Positions 50,822 through 61,731 of a DNA stretch of 64,000 bases are shown here, one piece after another. The notes beneath the pieces are model-generated. The model did not search any database, was not told where the DNA came from, and worked only from the letters and a program-made list of their open reading frames with translations. The stretch spans positions 1,426,001 through 1,490,000 of the forward strand of contig NW_026515670.1 of the NCBI RefSeq assembly GCF_025526975.1, read 5' to 3'. A program made the position numbers and the translations under genes. The first letter of the stretch is position 1. Every line of letters starts with the position of its first letter. Origin of the DNA: Fimicolochytrium jonesii (taxonomy: Eukaryota).

Positions 50822-53224
50822 ATGTACAACCGCCCACCCCTGAAACGCCCCGCCCAACCCCTCTCAAAACCAAAACCCTCCAAATCCATATGGGACGACG
50901 ACGACGACGACGACGACGATGATGCCCTCGACGCCCTCGCCCGCCCTGCCAAGCGGCGGATGCTCGACTTGGACAATGACCTGGACGAGGATGGGGATGG
51001 GGTCGATACACATGCACATAGCTCAATAGGGAAGGCAGCGACGCCCACGCCCGTTGCACAGAAGGATAATGAGGAGGAGGAAGACGAATTGGACGCATTC
51101 ATGGCCAACATCAACGCCGAGATCAAACAACAAGACACCGCTCCAAACACCACCAAGCCATCCGCCCCACAGAGGCAGGAGTTCGAATCCCTCGAAGAAG
51201 AAGACCACATAGAATCCTACATAGCACACATGGCCCGCCGCGGCATCGAGATCGGCAAAGGGACCGGCGGGCAGGCGCGGCTCGACAATGCCGATGAGGT
51301 CGATTCCGACGAGGAGGTGTACGCGACCGCGCGCGCCGTCGATGCCGCGTTGGGTGGGGACCCCGACGACGACGGGATGGGTCCGAGAAGGGGGGAAATA
51401 GAGCCGTTAGCACCCACGGATCACAGCGTGATCACTTATGAGGAGATCAATAAGGATTTCTACGAGGAGCATGAGGATATCAAGCGTTTGAGCGACGCGG
51501 ATGTAGAGCGGGTTCGGAGGGAGTTGGATATGCATGTCCGCGGGGTCGGGGTGGCCAAACCATGCATCTCCTTTGCGCATTTCGGGTTCGATGATGCGCT
51601 GGTCAACGTGGTACGGAAGTTGGGATACACGGAACCAACGGGGATCCAACGCCAGGCCGTCCCCGTCGCCCTCTCGGGTCGCGACATGATCGGGATCGCG
51701 AAAACTGGGAGCGGGAAGACCGCCGCCTTCGTCTGGCCGATGCTGGTGCATATCATGGACCAACGCGAACTGGAAAAGGGCGAGGGCCCGATCGGGTTGA
51801 TCCTTGCCCCCACACGGGAACTGGCGCATCAGATATACATAGAGACGAAAAAATACGCAAAAGCGTATGGACTGAACTGCGCATGCGTCTACGGCGGCGC
51901 CTCCAAATCCGACCAATTCAAAGACCTGCGTTCCCCCGTCGAGATCCTCGTCGCGACGCCGGGGAGGTTACTCGACCTGATCAAAATGAAGGCGACCAAC
52001 CTGCGTCGCGTGTCCTACCTCGTCCTCGACGAAGCCGACCGGATGTTCGACCTCGGCTTCGAGCCGCAGGTCCGCTCCCTCTGCACGGCCGTTCGCCCCG
52101 ATCGCCAAACCCTGCTCTTCTCCGCGACGATGCGGAAACGCGTCGAACGCCTCGCGAGGGATGTGCTCACCGACCCGGTGCGGATCTCCATCGGCGCCCA
52201 GAACGCCGCGAACGCAGATATCACCCAACACATCCACGTCCTCCCCGACGACACCTACAAATGGGCCTGGCTCACGTCCCACCTCCCTGCATTCACGGCC
52301 GAGGGAAGCGTGCTGGTCTTCATTGGCCGGAAGGCGGGCGTGGACGCGCTCACGGACTCGTTGCAGGGCGCCCGCGTGGAGTGTGCCAAGCTGCACGGGG
52401 ACATGATGCAGGCGGATCGGGACCGGGTCGTGCGGGAGTTCAAGGCGGGGAAATTCAAACTCCTCGTATGCACCGATGTCGCGGCTAGAGGACTCGACAT
52501 CAAGAGTGTGCGCACCGTTATCAACTACGATGGTATGTCCCCCCCCCCTGCTTCACAACCCATTGGTCTTTGTGGGCTTGTACGATTGACACGGGGGGTT
52601 TCTTTTTGTTTGGGGATTGGTTTTTTTTTTTTAGCACCGAAGGATATAGAAACCCACATCCACCGCATCGGGCGCACGGGCCGCGCGGGCACAAAGGGCG
52701 ACGCGCACACGCTCATCACGCAGTCTGAAGACAGATTCGCGGCCGAGCTTGTGCGCAACCTTGAAGAATCGGGCGTCGCTGTTCAGAGCGATGTGATGGG
52801 GGTGGCGATGCGGAACGGGCGGTTCAGGAAGGGGAGGGAGGGGTTTGCGCGCGGTGGGAGGGGGAGGGGGAGAGGTGGGGGGCGAGGCAGGGGGAGGGGA
52901 CGGGGGGTGGGGTTCGGGCAGGGAGGTGGATCGGGGGGTGGGGCGAATAGTGTGCCGTTGGGTGGGGGTGGGTTTGCGAGGCATCCGCCGCCGCCATCGT
53001 TGGGGGCGCCGGGAGGGGGTTATTCGAGGCAGCCGCCGCCGCCGACGTCGTATGGTGCTGGGACGGGGTTTATGGCGTTCCAGCGGGCGCAGAGTGCGCA
53101 GGGGTCTTCTACTTCGTTTCTTGGTGGTACGGCACAACAACAACAACCACCTCCTCAGCGGCCCCCGCAACAGCAGCCACCGCAACAACCGGAACAGCAG
53201 AGGAGGCGACGATGGGATACTTGA
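50822..53224 (+). CDS. DDX42: DEAD-box RNA helicase DDX42
   Basis: DSDEEVYATA; IEPLAPTDHS; PCISFAHFGFD; AKTGSGKTAAF; DEADRMFDLGFEPQVRS; HRIGRTGRAG; RGG tail; intron at about 52532-52634. Confidence 0.93.
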   Translation: MYNRPPLKRPAQPLSKPKPSKSIWDDDDDDDDDDALDALARPAKRRMLDLDNDLDEDGDGVDTHAHSSIGKAATPTPVAQKDNEEEEDELDAFMANINAEIKQQDTAPNTTKPSAPQRQEFESLEEEDHIESYIAHMARRGIEIGKGTGGQARLDNADEVDSDEEVYATARAVDAALGGDPDDDGMGPRRGEIEPLAPTDHSVITYEEINKDFYEEHEDIKRLSDADVERVRRELDMHVRGVGVAKPCISFAHFGFDDALVNVVRKLGYTEPTGIQRQAVPVALSGRDMIGIAKTGSGKTAAFVWPMLVHIMDQRELEKGEGPIGLILAPTRELAHQIYIETKKYAKAYGLNCACVYGGASKSDQFKDLRSPVEILVATPGRLLDLIKMKATNLRRVSYLVLDEADRMFDLGFEPQVRSLCTAVRPDRQTLLFSATMRKRVERLARDVLTDPVRISIGAQNAANADITQHIHVLPDDTYKWAWLTSHLPAFTAEGSVLVFIGRKAGVDALTDSLQGARVECAKLHGDMMQADRDRVVREFKAGKFKLLVCTDVAARGLDIKSVRTVINYDGMSPPPASQPIGLCGLVRLTRGVSFCLGIGFFFLAPKDIETHIHRIGRTGRAGTKGDAHTLITQSEDRFAAELVRNLEESGVAVQSDVMGVAMRNGRFRKGREGFARGGRGRGRGGGRGRGRGRGVGFGQGGGSGGGANSVPLGGGGFARHPPPPSLGAPGGGYSRQPPPPTSYGAGTGFMAFQRAQSAQGSSTSFLGGTAQQQQPPPQRPPQQQPPQQPEQQRRRRWDT

Positions 53225-53462
53225 ACAATGCGTCTGGCTGTGTCTCCTTTATGATACGTGTATGTAGCGTCTCACCGCCAAGATGTGTAGGATGTGAATA
53301 TGCGTTGGAACTTGTACATACGTTACATCCGTATCTTGTACTACGAAAAAGGCAGATCGTATTCATTGAACAAAAATGTATATGCATCACCAGAAGAGCA
53401 GAAGAAAAACCAAGACCCATCCAAACGCAAACTCATACATACATTCCCCTGACGCCCGCCTT

Positions 53463-54155
53463 TCAACCCACCACCCCTCCGAAATATCCCACAACCGGCC
53501 TCGCAGGCACCAACCTGCTCCCCTTCCCACCCTCTCCCCCCGTAAACCCCTTCATAATCCCACCTCCACCCCACCGTTCCCTTCCCTCCCCAATAGCACC
53601 CAACATCGCAGTTCCTTTCGGCAAAAACGCCCCCCAACGCGTGAAGGGGATAGTCGTACCGGCACCGTTCCCGATGGAGCTCTCAACACCGGCACCATTC
53701 CCGATCGAGTTCTCAACATTCACTGATGCGGGCTCGATGTGGGGGGCGAGGTAGGCGGAGGGAACGCGGCGGTCGGTCCATTCGTCCGCGGCGGGTGTGT
53801 CGTCGGTAGAGAATTCGAAGGATGTTGCGGGTTTGAAAGGTTTTGGTTTTGGTCGCGGGTGGGTTGGGGATGAGTGGGAGTTGGATGGTAAGGAGGGAGG
53901 GAAGCTGAGGGAGGAGGGACCGCGGCTTAGGGATTGGAAATCCGGTCTATGTGGAGGAGAGCGGGTTGGGGGACTTTGCGAGGACGGGGTGAATTTGAGA
54001 TTGTGGGAAACTTACCGGGGTGGCGGGACTTTTGCGTCGGGTTCTAGGATGGCTCGTCTATCCACTCGTGTGGCTGAACCGGATACAAGTTGGACGAAGG
54101 GAAGCACCAGCAAGAGGAGGAAGTTCCACCCTGAGGAGGGTGTTGGTGGTATCAT
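53463..54155 (-). CDS. Orphan secreted protein (207 aa, 2 coding exons)
   Basis: MIPPTPSSGWNFLLLLVLPFVQLVSG signal peptide; GTAAGT...CATAG intron 53947-54015 joins in frame to the 53463-53723 ORF. Confidence 0.65.
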
Positions 54156-55978
54156 GCTGGAGCGGTGGGTTTAGTGGTAATGCGGTCCCGGCAATGCCCG
54201 ATCGGACTTGGGAGCGGTGAATTTGACGACCAGCAGTTAGACTCAGGATCTTGCGAGGAAAGGGGTACGTAAAATGGCTTCTTTCCCACCACTTGACTGT
54301 GCAGAGGGCTCTCTCAATGCCTGGCGGCCTCTAATATTCGTCGTCGTTGCATGCCTGCAGTCCGTTCAGTTCCTGTGGGTGCGATTTCCAGAGAGGCTGC
54401 GGTGCGGTCGCTTGCGGTCAATCCATCACCCGTGACTCACTCCCCTGAGAGCCTCCGAGGCGCAGCTTCTCCTCTCTCTCTCAAACGAATATAGATGCGC
54501 AAAAGCACTCCAAACTCCAAGTGTCGTTTTGGCTCGCCCGCCCAACACGCCCCTGCGCGTCCCTGTGCGCGCGAGTTCGATTCTCACTTCACGCTCCCAT
54601 CTCTGTATGAGAGAGGTTGGGAGAATGAATGTTAAGGATGATGAGATTCCAGAAATAAAACAGTTATCCCTGTCTGAGACGGGCCTCACACCCCGTCGGT
54701 GCGGATAGGTTCTTACAATCGCTTTACCTCTCTGACTTAATTTCATTTTTACCTTTTTCACTTTCGGCACCATCTGAGAGGCCAGGGCGGGGACGCGATG
54801 GAAGGAAGAGGGGCAGAAGGCAGATGGAAAGTGCGTTGTCGCTGTCAACTGCAAGCTCGGTCGCCCTCCCGTCCCGTCCCGCCCTCGCCCCTCTCTCTGA
54901 CTGTCTCCTTTGAATATACCTTTTGCTCAGCCGCCCTCCGATCCGGAAGGCTCACAAACAGCTCTCCAATTCCAATTCGACAGCGCAGGCAAAAGAACAC
55001 TCCATACACCTGTCCTTCCGTACAGTACATCCATCCTGAGTCGATAAAAGACCACCGCGCACAAGAGACGAGAGGTGCAGAACAATCGACGGTGGCGAAT
55101 TGACCCACCTCTCGATACCCAGCTGCATCCCCCGAGGTCCCGACTCCAACCTCTTTATATATAGAATCCTCTGATCCATCCATATCCAAGTGTGTTGCCG
55201 ACGGACCGTCAGTTTGGTGGGTTTCGCTTGTGGAAGTGGGAAGGCGAGCGCATCCTGAAACAGGAGCTCCGTGGCGGTCGCGTTCCGGTGTTTCAGAAGG
55301 CCGTCACGTGCCTCACTGATGCGTGTGGGAAAGCGAACGCGTCAGTCAGATTACGAAACGGGGGCAATCAACGAATTCAACAGGCGCACCAACAAGCACC
55401 GCAGCAAGCTCCCGTTTCAGGAAACTTCTGGGGGGTGACGATTCACTGGTCCATACTTAGACATAACTCCTCGTTAGGGGGGGAGCAAGGATAATTAACA
55501 ATGCGGCGGTTGATTGGGTTTGAACTGAGCGAGAAAGGGGGGGATTGGGGATGGGGAGCGCGTGGCTGGCAGTTCATATGTGCGAAATTCGTTATTGGGC
55601 ACAGCAGGCAATTAAAGTCCGTAGTAAATACTATAGCGAAGATTCCGTCCATGTCGGAGGGAAGGGGCGAGGGGGGGGCGGGGGGGGGGGCGGCAGCTGG
55701 CGCGTGTTTTGAATCTGGGGGAGTTGCGACGCCGGGAGGGAGGGAGGGAGGGGGCGAGCGAGTGGAGGCACAGCGGTTTCTCGTCGTTCGGTGTCTGTTC
55801 TGATAAAAGGAGTGGCTCGCTCGCACGCCGCCCCTCTCGTTTTCCCATTTCTCTCTTTTTCTTTGCGAATCTCTGTTTCTCTTTCCGTTCCAACAACACA
55901 AGCAGCGCTTTTCTGTCTCGCTTTCTTAGTTCTTTAGAAGGAGCACCCCCGGAGCTTGTTTCTCCCTCCTTCCCTCAC

Positions 55979-56001
55979 CACACACACACACACACACACA
56001 C
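55979..56001 (+). repeat. (CA)n microsatellite
   Basis: Visible dinucleotide run in the leader of the ferritin-like gene. Confidence 0.9.
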
Positions 56002-56029
56002 TCTTCACCACTCAAGCACAGCAGCAACC

Positions 56030-57454
56030 ATGCCAATCAAAAATATCTTCTCCGCAGTACCCCTGCTCCTCCTGCTAGCCTCCTCAGCAACCCAAGTCCT
56101 CTCGCACCCCGTGCTCTCCGACTCGTCCATCGCGGCGCTGGGCGGCATCCACGATCTCGAGCACAGGCATGTGAGTCTCAGGGCGCGGTACGCTGAGGCG
56201 GCGTTTGATGATGAAAACGGTAACGACGACGACGGTGATGATGCGGAGGACGGCGACGACAACACCCCCGCGGCATTTGCACCTGCGACTGCCGCATTTG
56301 CGTCGTTGGCCGATGTGAGTGTGGTTGATGCGAGCAATGCTGCGCCGGCTGAAGGGGGTGCTGTCGTGGCTGTCAGTGTCGGGGCCGCGAGTGCGACTGA
56401 ATCTGCGACGGCGACCGCCGCAGCTGCAACCTCGACCGACACCGCATCCGCATCCGCATCCGCATCCGCCACCGTCTCCGCCGCGTCAGGCTCCGCGACC
56501 GTATTCCCCGGCACAGCACCAACGCTCTCCACAGCCGGCGCCCCCGCGCAAGGCGACCTCTTCGTGCTCAACTACGCCCTCACCCTCGAATTCCTCGAAG
56601 CCTCGTTCTACAAGCAGGCCCTGGACAAATTCGACGCAAACGCCTTCAAAGCCGCCGGCTTCGACCCAGCCATCCGCGACCAGATGCTCGTCATCAAGGG
56701 CCACGAGGACACCCACGTCACGGCCTTGACGGGGGTGATCGAAACCGCTTTCGGCAAAGGAACCGCGGTGGGAGCATGTGAATACAACTTCAACTTTGAC
56801 ACGGTCGCCGGGTTCGTCGCCACCGCCGCCGCCCTCGAACGTACGGGTGTGAGCGCATACACGGGAGCCATCGCATTCATCCAATCCAACGCCGTCAAGA
56901 CCGCCGGCGCCGCAATCGCGACCGTCGAAGGCCGCCACGCCGCTCTGTTGAACGCCGTCAACGCCCAAAAACAGGGCGACGGATCCGCAAAGAACATCAA
57001 CCCCATCCCCGCCTCCTTCGACACCCCGCTAGGATTCGCACCCATCCTGTCCATCGCAGCCCCCTTCATCAAATCCTGCCCCTTCGCACTCCCCGTAGCC
57101 CCCTTCCCAGCGTTATCCCTCGCCAACCCCAACGGCGCAATCGGCGATAAGGTCTCCCTCCTCTTCACCGCGACCCTCACCCAAGCCCAACTGACCACGC
57201 CCGGGGCACTCCAATGCGACATCCTCTTTGGCCTCGCGCAGAAACGCACGCCGGTGACCATCTCGAAAGACGCCAAGGGGAACAACCTGGCCGACTGCGT
57301 GATCCCGCCTGAAGCCGCTGGGTTTGAGGAACTGATGGTGTTTATCGTGAATCAGGATCAGGATGTGACGATTGAGAATGACAAGCATGTTGTGGCGGGA
57401 CCCACGACGTTCCAGACGTTGGAGAAGACGCTTGTTAAGGTTTCCGCTCAGTGA
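56030..57454 (+). CDS. Secreted ferritin-like (Ferritin_2 / Rds1-like, desiccation-related) protein
   Basis: Signal peptide, acidic and Ala/Ser/Thr-rich linker, DLFVLNYALTLEFLEASFY, HEDTHV, CEYNF, LERTGVSAYTGA, IATVEGRHAA, FDTPL; intronless. Confidence 0.9.
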   Translation: MPIKNIFSAVPLLLLLASSATQVLSHPVLSDSSIAALGGIHDLEHRHVSLRARYAEAAFDDENGNDDDGDDAEDGDDNTPAAFAPATAAFASLADVSVVDASNAAPAEGGAVVAVSVGAASATESATATAAAATSTDTASASASASATVSAASGSATVFPGTAPTLSTAGAPAQGDLFVLNYALTLEFLEASFYKQALDKFDANAFKAAGFDPAIRDQMLVIKGHEDTHVTALTGVIETAFGKGTAVGACEYNFNFDTVAGFVATAAALERTGVSAYTGAIAFIQSNAVKTAGAAIATVEGRHAALLNAVNAQKQGDGSAKNINPIPASFDTPLGFAPILSIAAPFIKSCPFALPVAPFPALSLANPNGAIGDKVSLLFTATLTQAQLTTPGALQCDILFGLAQKRTPVTISKDAKGNNLADCVIPPEAAGFEELMVFIVNQDQDVTIENDKHVVAGPTTFQTLEKTLVKVSAQ

Positions 57455-57484
57455 GCGATATCTTAACCACGGGCGTTCTCTCCA

Positions 57485-57487
<3 letters not shown>

Positions 57488-57527
<40 letters not shown>
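57488..57527 (+). repeat. (CT)n microsatellite
   Basis: About 20 CT units in the 3' UTR. Confidence 0.95.
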
Positions 57528-57529
<2 letters not shown>

Positions 57530-58071
57530 ATCATCCACTTCTTTTACTGTAGAGTTTTTCACTGGCGTATGCGTTGTATCATAGATTTTTCCTTCCGTTT
57601 TCCTCCGACATCCTGCGCCTTCTTCCGAGGCCCCCCTTCTGTAAATGCTTGTATATATCCCCCTCTTGTACATTCTTTTGAAATCGGAAAAAAAAACCCG
57701 TACACCTACAGACGCCTTGTATCTCATAATGACATTGGATTGGGCGTTTTGCTGTTGAGGCGGAGTTTGAGTTGTTTGGCGTCGGAATTTGACGGGCTGG
57801 GTGAGCCACTCTATTATTAGCGGCTGTTTTCGGCGGGCGCGTCGTCCGTCAATGGAGGCTGTTTCTCGTCTGGAAACCGGCCCATAGTAACCACCGGCGG
57901 GAGATCCCGACCCCCGACCCATACCGCAAACGACAACCGGACGCATCGTAGGTTTATCAACCAACCACAAGCATATAAAGGCGGTGGAGGTTAATGTTTT
58001 TCCCCCCTCATCCAGAACTCGATAAAAGTCATATACAGCTATACAGTCATCGCAGACACCACAGAACAGCA

Positions 58072-59221
58072 ATGTCACACCACCTTCTTTCCTCACGCCT
58101 CGGCCTCTTCTGCACCCATCACACCCCCTCACCCGCGCTCCTCTCCCTCTCCGTCGCCCTGCCGCGCCGATACCTCACCTCATCCCCCCGCGTCCGCACC
58201 GGCAATTTCGCCGACCACCCGCGCGTAACAGACCCGATCCCGTCGAGCGATGCGTCCACGACGACGCTGCCGCTGACGACGAGGAGCGGGCCGCATCCGA
58301 AGGTTAATGTGGATCCTAATACTACCGCGGTGAGTTGCACGAATTTGGAAATGTGGATGGGTGTGTTGTTTCGTTGCGATGGGAGCCGGAGCGATATCGG
58401 GCGCGAGCATCGTAGACGCCGTGTGCTTGATGTTGCTTCATGATGGTTGATATCATAGTATACTGATCTTTTCTTCAACTCAGTGGCGAAAAGAAGAACC
58501 AGCAACAGAAACCAAAAAATCCTACGTCCTCGCCCGCCCTATCTACTCGCCCTCCGAACTCAACGTCGCCGTAACCCACCGCGACATCCAATCCCTCTCC
58601 GACCGCGTCTCCTACGCCCTCGTCCGCGTCATGCGCTTCGGGTTCGACACAGCCACGCGCTATTCCGATCAAGTCGGCGCCATGACCGAGCACCAATGGC
58701 TCAACCGCCTCGTCTTCCTGGAGACCGTCGCGGGGGTGCCGGGGTTCGTCGGCGGGATCCTGCGCCATCTACGATCCCTTCGGTTACTGAAACGCGACAA
58801 CGGGTGGATCCATACCTTGCTAGACGAAGCGCAGAACGAACGCATGCACCTGCTCTCCTTCCTCAAAGTCAAACAACCCAACCTCCCCTTCCGCATGATG
58901 GTCCTCCTCGCCCAAGGCACCTTCTTCAACCTCTTCTTCCTCTCCTACATCCTCTCCCCGCGCATGTGCCACCGCTTCGTCGGGTATCTCGAGGAATCCG
59001 CCGTACACACATACACCCACTGTCTGAAGGATATCGAGAGTGGACAGCTCAGGCATTGGGCCACCACCCCGGCACCCGAGATCGCGAGGGAGTATTGGCA
59101 GCTGGGCGACGGCGCGACGTTGAGGGATATGGTGCTGGCAGTGAGGGCGGACGAGGCAGAGCATCGAGATGTTAATCATACGTTGGCTAGCCTCAAGCCG
59201 GATGATAAGAACCCGTTCTGA
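58072..59221 (+). CDS. AOX: Alternative oxidase
   Basis: Presequence; intron 58330-58483; FLETVAGVPG, NERMHL, VGYLEESAV, RADEAEHRDVNH di-iron motifs; TATAAAG at about 57973. Confidence 0.97.
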
Positions 59222-59492
59222 GGGGATTGTGGTGGATGGTCGGGCCCGCCCCCCGCTGCTGGCTTTCATGAGCAACGGACTGTTAACCATAGCTTTTTTT
59301 TTTTTTTTACTCGTAGTCGTTTCTTTTTCGGATACTCGATACTCTTCATTTGTTGTTATTCCTCTTTCCTTACCATACCATAAAGTCATAATACCCCTTC
59401 TTACCTCATCTACGGCATCTCAAAATGATATACACTTTTCGCAGGTTTCCTCCGATCCTGTATCTCCAAGTGGGTCTTATGGTCTCATCCGC

Positions 59493-59600
59493 CGAAGTTC
59501 AGGTCAGGTGTGAGTGCGGGACGGTCCCGAACGCATCGCTCCTATTCATCATAGTGGGCCAATTTCGGTCTATGCGGGGGCGTCGAGGGCACCCAAAAAC
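59493..59600 (-). ncRNA. Candidate Fanzor omegaRNA (about 88-nt scaffold plus flank-derived guide)
   Basis: Downstream of and co-oriented with the Fanzor gene; GTTTTTGGG...CCCGCACT with nested complementary segments (GGTgCCCtcGA/TCGGGACC, CGCAT/ATGCG, CTAT/ATAG). Boundaries are inferred. Confidence 0.45.
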
Positions 59601-60053
59601 GTTGCTTCATGTCGTCTCGGGCCCAGTCCCTCCCCTCCGTTCGGGTTTCAATGCACACAGACGATTAAGTGTCCAATGTGCCTCGGATCTTCCGCACATA
59701 CAAATTGTGGGAGAAGCTTTTTGAGCGACTTTTTCCAAATGACAGACACACGAATATGGGACAAATCGTTCACTCTCATATCTTTTGCTTCCAAAGGATC
59801 TGAATACTCTACATGGTTTCGTAAACGGGCGTAAAACAACCAGCGCAATGCGCCATGAACAATGCCAACACTCCGACGTGTGGGTCCGCCTGATCCGCTT
59901 CCACCCCCAAGACCTTCGCCGCATACGTACCCCAGCTCACCCTTTTGTATTTCTCTTACAAGTTGCCATCATCGGCGATGCCTCCGGCAGAGGTACAATG
60001 ATGTGGATGGCAGATAACCACCACGGAAAATGGGATGGGGTGAAAACTCTAGA

Positions 60054-61731
60054 CTACCGGTTACGGGAGAATGCGTCTGGTCTGTGGCCATTGCCAAGCA
60101 CCACCGAGCGCACAATCGAGAGGAAATTCTTGGTGCTTAGGACGTCCCGATTGTGCACTTTCATCCGTAATGATTGTCTTCCAGGAATCTCAAATGGCGT
60201 CCAGTCTTGGTTGATACATTCGGGGTTGGGGCAACCCACCAATCCATGGACGAACTCCATTCTTCCCTTTCTAGCTTGCCACGGCCGAGGTGATAGCCAT
60301 CGTCGGATGTTTTTCCTCACACGACCGTGGCAGTGGGGGCACACGGACGACGTTCGATACTCATCTAGCAAGTAGCATGGAATGCTGTTTCTTGCAAAGA
60401 GTGTGCGGAATCTAATTTCCATGATGAGTTAGCATATTATAGTACATAAAAAACAATGATGGTCACTCACCCCTTGGTCTTCGATGACTCCTGAAAGCGC
60501 ATCGTTTTCCCAGCGTCGCTCCAATCACCCAAGATGACCGAAAAATGCTTTCCATACCGGCGTCGCATGTTCGTAATGAGCTTGCTCTCAGACTTTTGCC
60601 GCAGTGAGAACGCCTTGAATCTGCGAGCGACGTGAATCTCATCCCCGTAAAACTCATCCAGGGCGGGATCTGGGATATGGATGGATGTCAGCCCATGTAT
60701 TACCCAATTTAAAGATCAAAATTGAAGTAGAACATCATACCCGCATGTACGCGATCCACAATGAACGCTGAGAACGCCTCGATGTTCCTACTCTTGTGCG
60801 ATGGAATATGTGATTCCATCTCGGCAATGCCGGCATTGATCTTTCGCTCTCTCAAGTCTCTTTGAAAGTACCGCGACTTTGTCTCGACCGCCCGCTGATT
60901 GGATGTGTATCTGGTATGGTATGGTGCATTGTGAGAACGCGGCAACAGATGGCGGAGACGGTGAGTGGGGGGGGGATGGCGGGGACGGGGACGAGGGAAC
61001 CACCCCATCCAAGTAAACCGCCGCAAACACCTGCGCACCATCCTCCGCGAAGTCGGGGATTGGGAGGGGGGGGGGGGGGGGGGGGCGGGGGCGAGGGGGG
61101 TGCCAGAGATAGCAGGGACAGCGGGGACAGGGGGGACAGGTGGGCAGTAGTAATCCACTGAAACTTACCGAAATGGGCGCTCCTTTTCGATTCCTCGACA
61201 GACCAGGAGATCACGCTTGCCTGGATCAATGCAGACGATGTTTGGAGCCTCCCTTAATTCATCAATGTGGTGCTCAACATACAGCTGCTTGACCCCTTCC
61301 CGCATTTGGGCCTTGCTGCGCTTCCGCGCCTGATGCCCATACTTGAGCCCAGGCTTCTTGAAGTGGATGGCAACAGAATACCCGTTGGTGCTAATTGACC
61401 CATCGAACTTGAGACCAAGCTTCTTTCAATGTTTGAAGACCTTGTCCTACAATCCGTCATTCAGCGATGTAATCTGACTGAAATAAGAGCGGAAGGATAC
61501 AGACTTACATTCACATTGAGAAACTGCCCCCACAGCCCCTGCTTGCGTTCATCAGTGAGTTTCCCCATGCGACGTCGGCCAACATCCAGGATATGAGTGC
61601 CTAGGATCAGCGTGTCGATCCGAACAGATGACTGGATTTGAGATTTGCGCAGCGGGATAGCGGAAAACAGCCACATTCCATGGCGCTCATAGAGGCGTGA
61701 GAGCTCACAGTAGGCACCTGTGATGAGGCAG
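60054..61731 (-). pseudogene. Fanzor1 (eukaryotic TnpB-like RNA-guided endonuclease), spliced, 5'-interrupted by an LTR element, one nonsense codon
   Basis: Five exons (61730-61509, 61446-61169, 60910-60741, 60669-60471, 60411-60054) join in frame. Motifs: IPLR..IDT, IDPGKRDLL (RuvC-I), FRYTSNQR, VILGDWS, LLDEYRTS-CPHC, VHGLVGCPNPEC, HNRDVLSTKNF, RPDAFSR. In-frame TGA at 61426-61428. Confidence 0.9.

Noticed and set aside
58440..58466. Box C/D-like words (ATGATGG...CTGA) in the AOX intron
   Set aside because: Too short and degenerate for a snoRNA; CTGA coincides with the branch-point region.
59785..60375. 196-aa + strand ORF
   Set aside because: Antisense to the Fanzor last exon and 3' region; no recognisable features.
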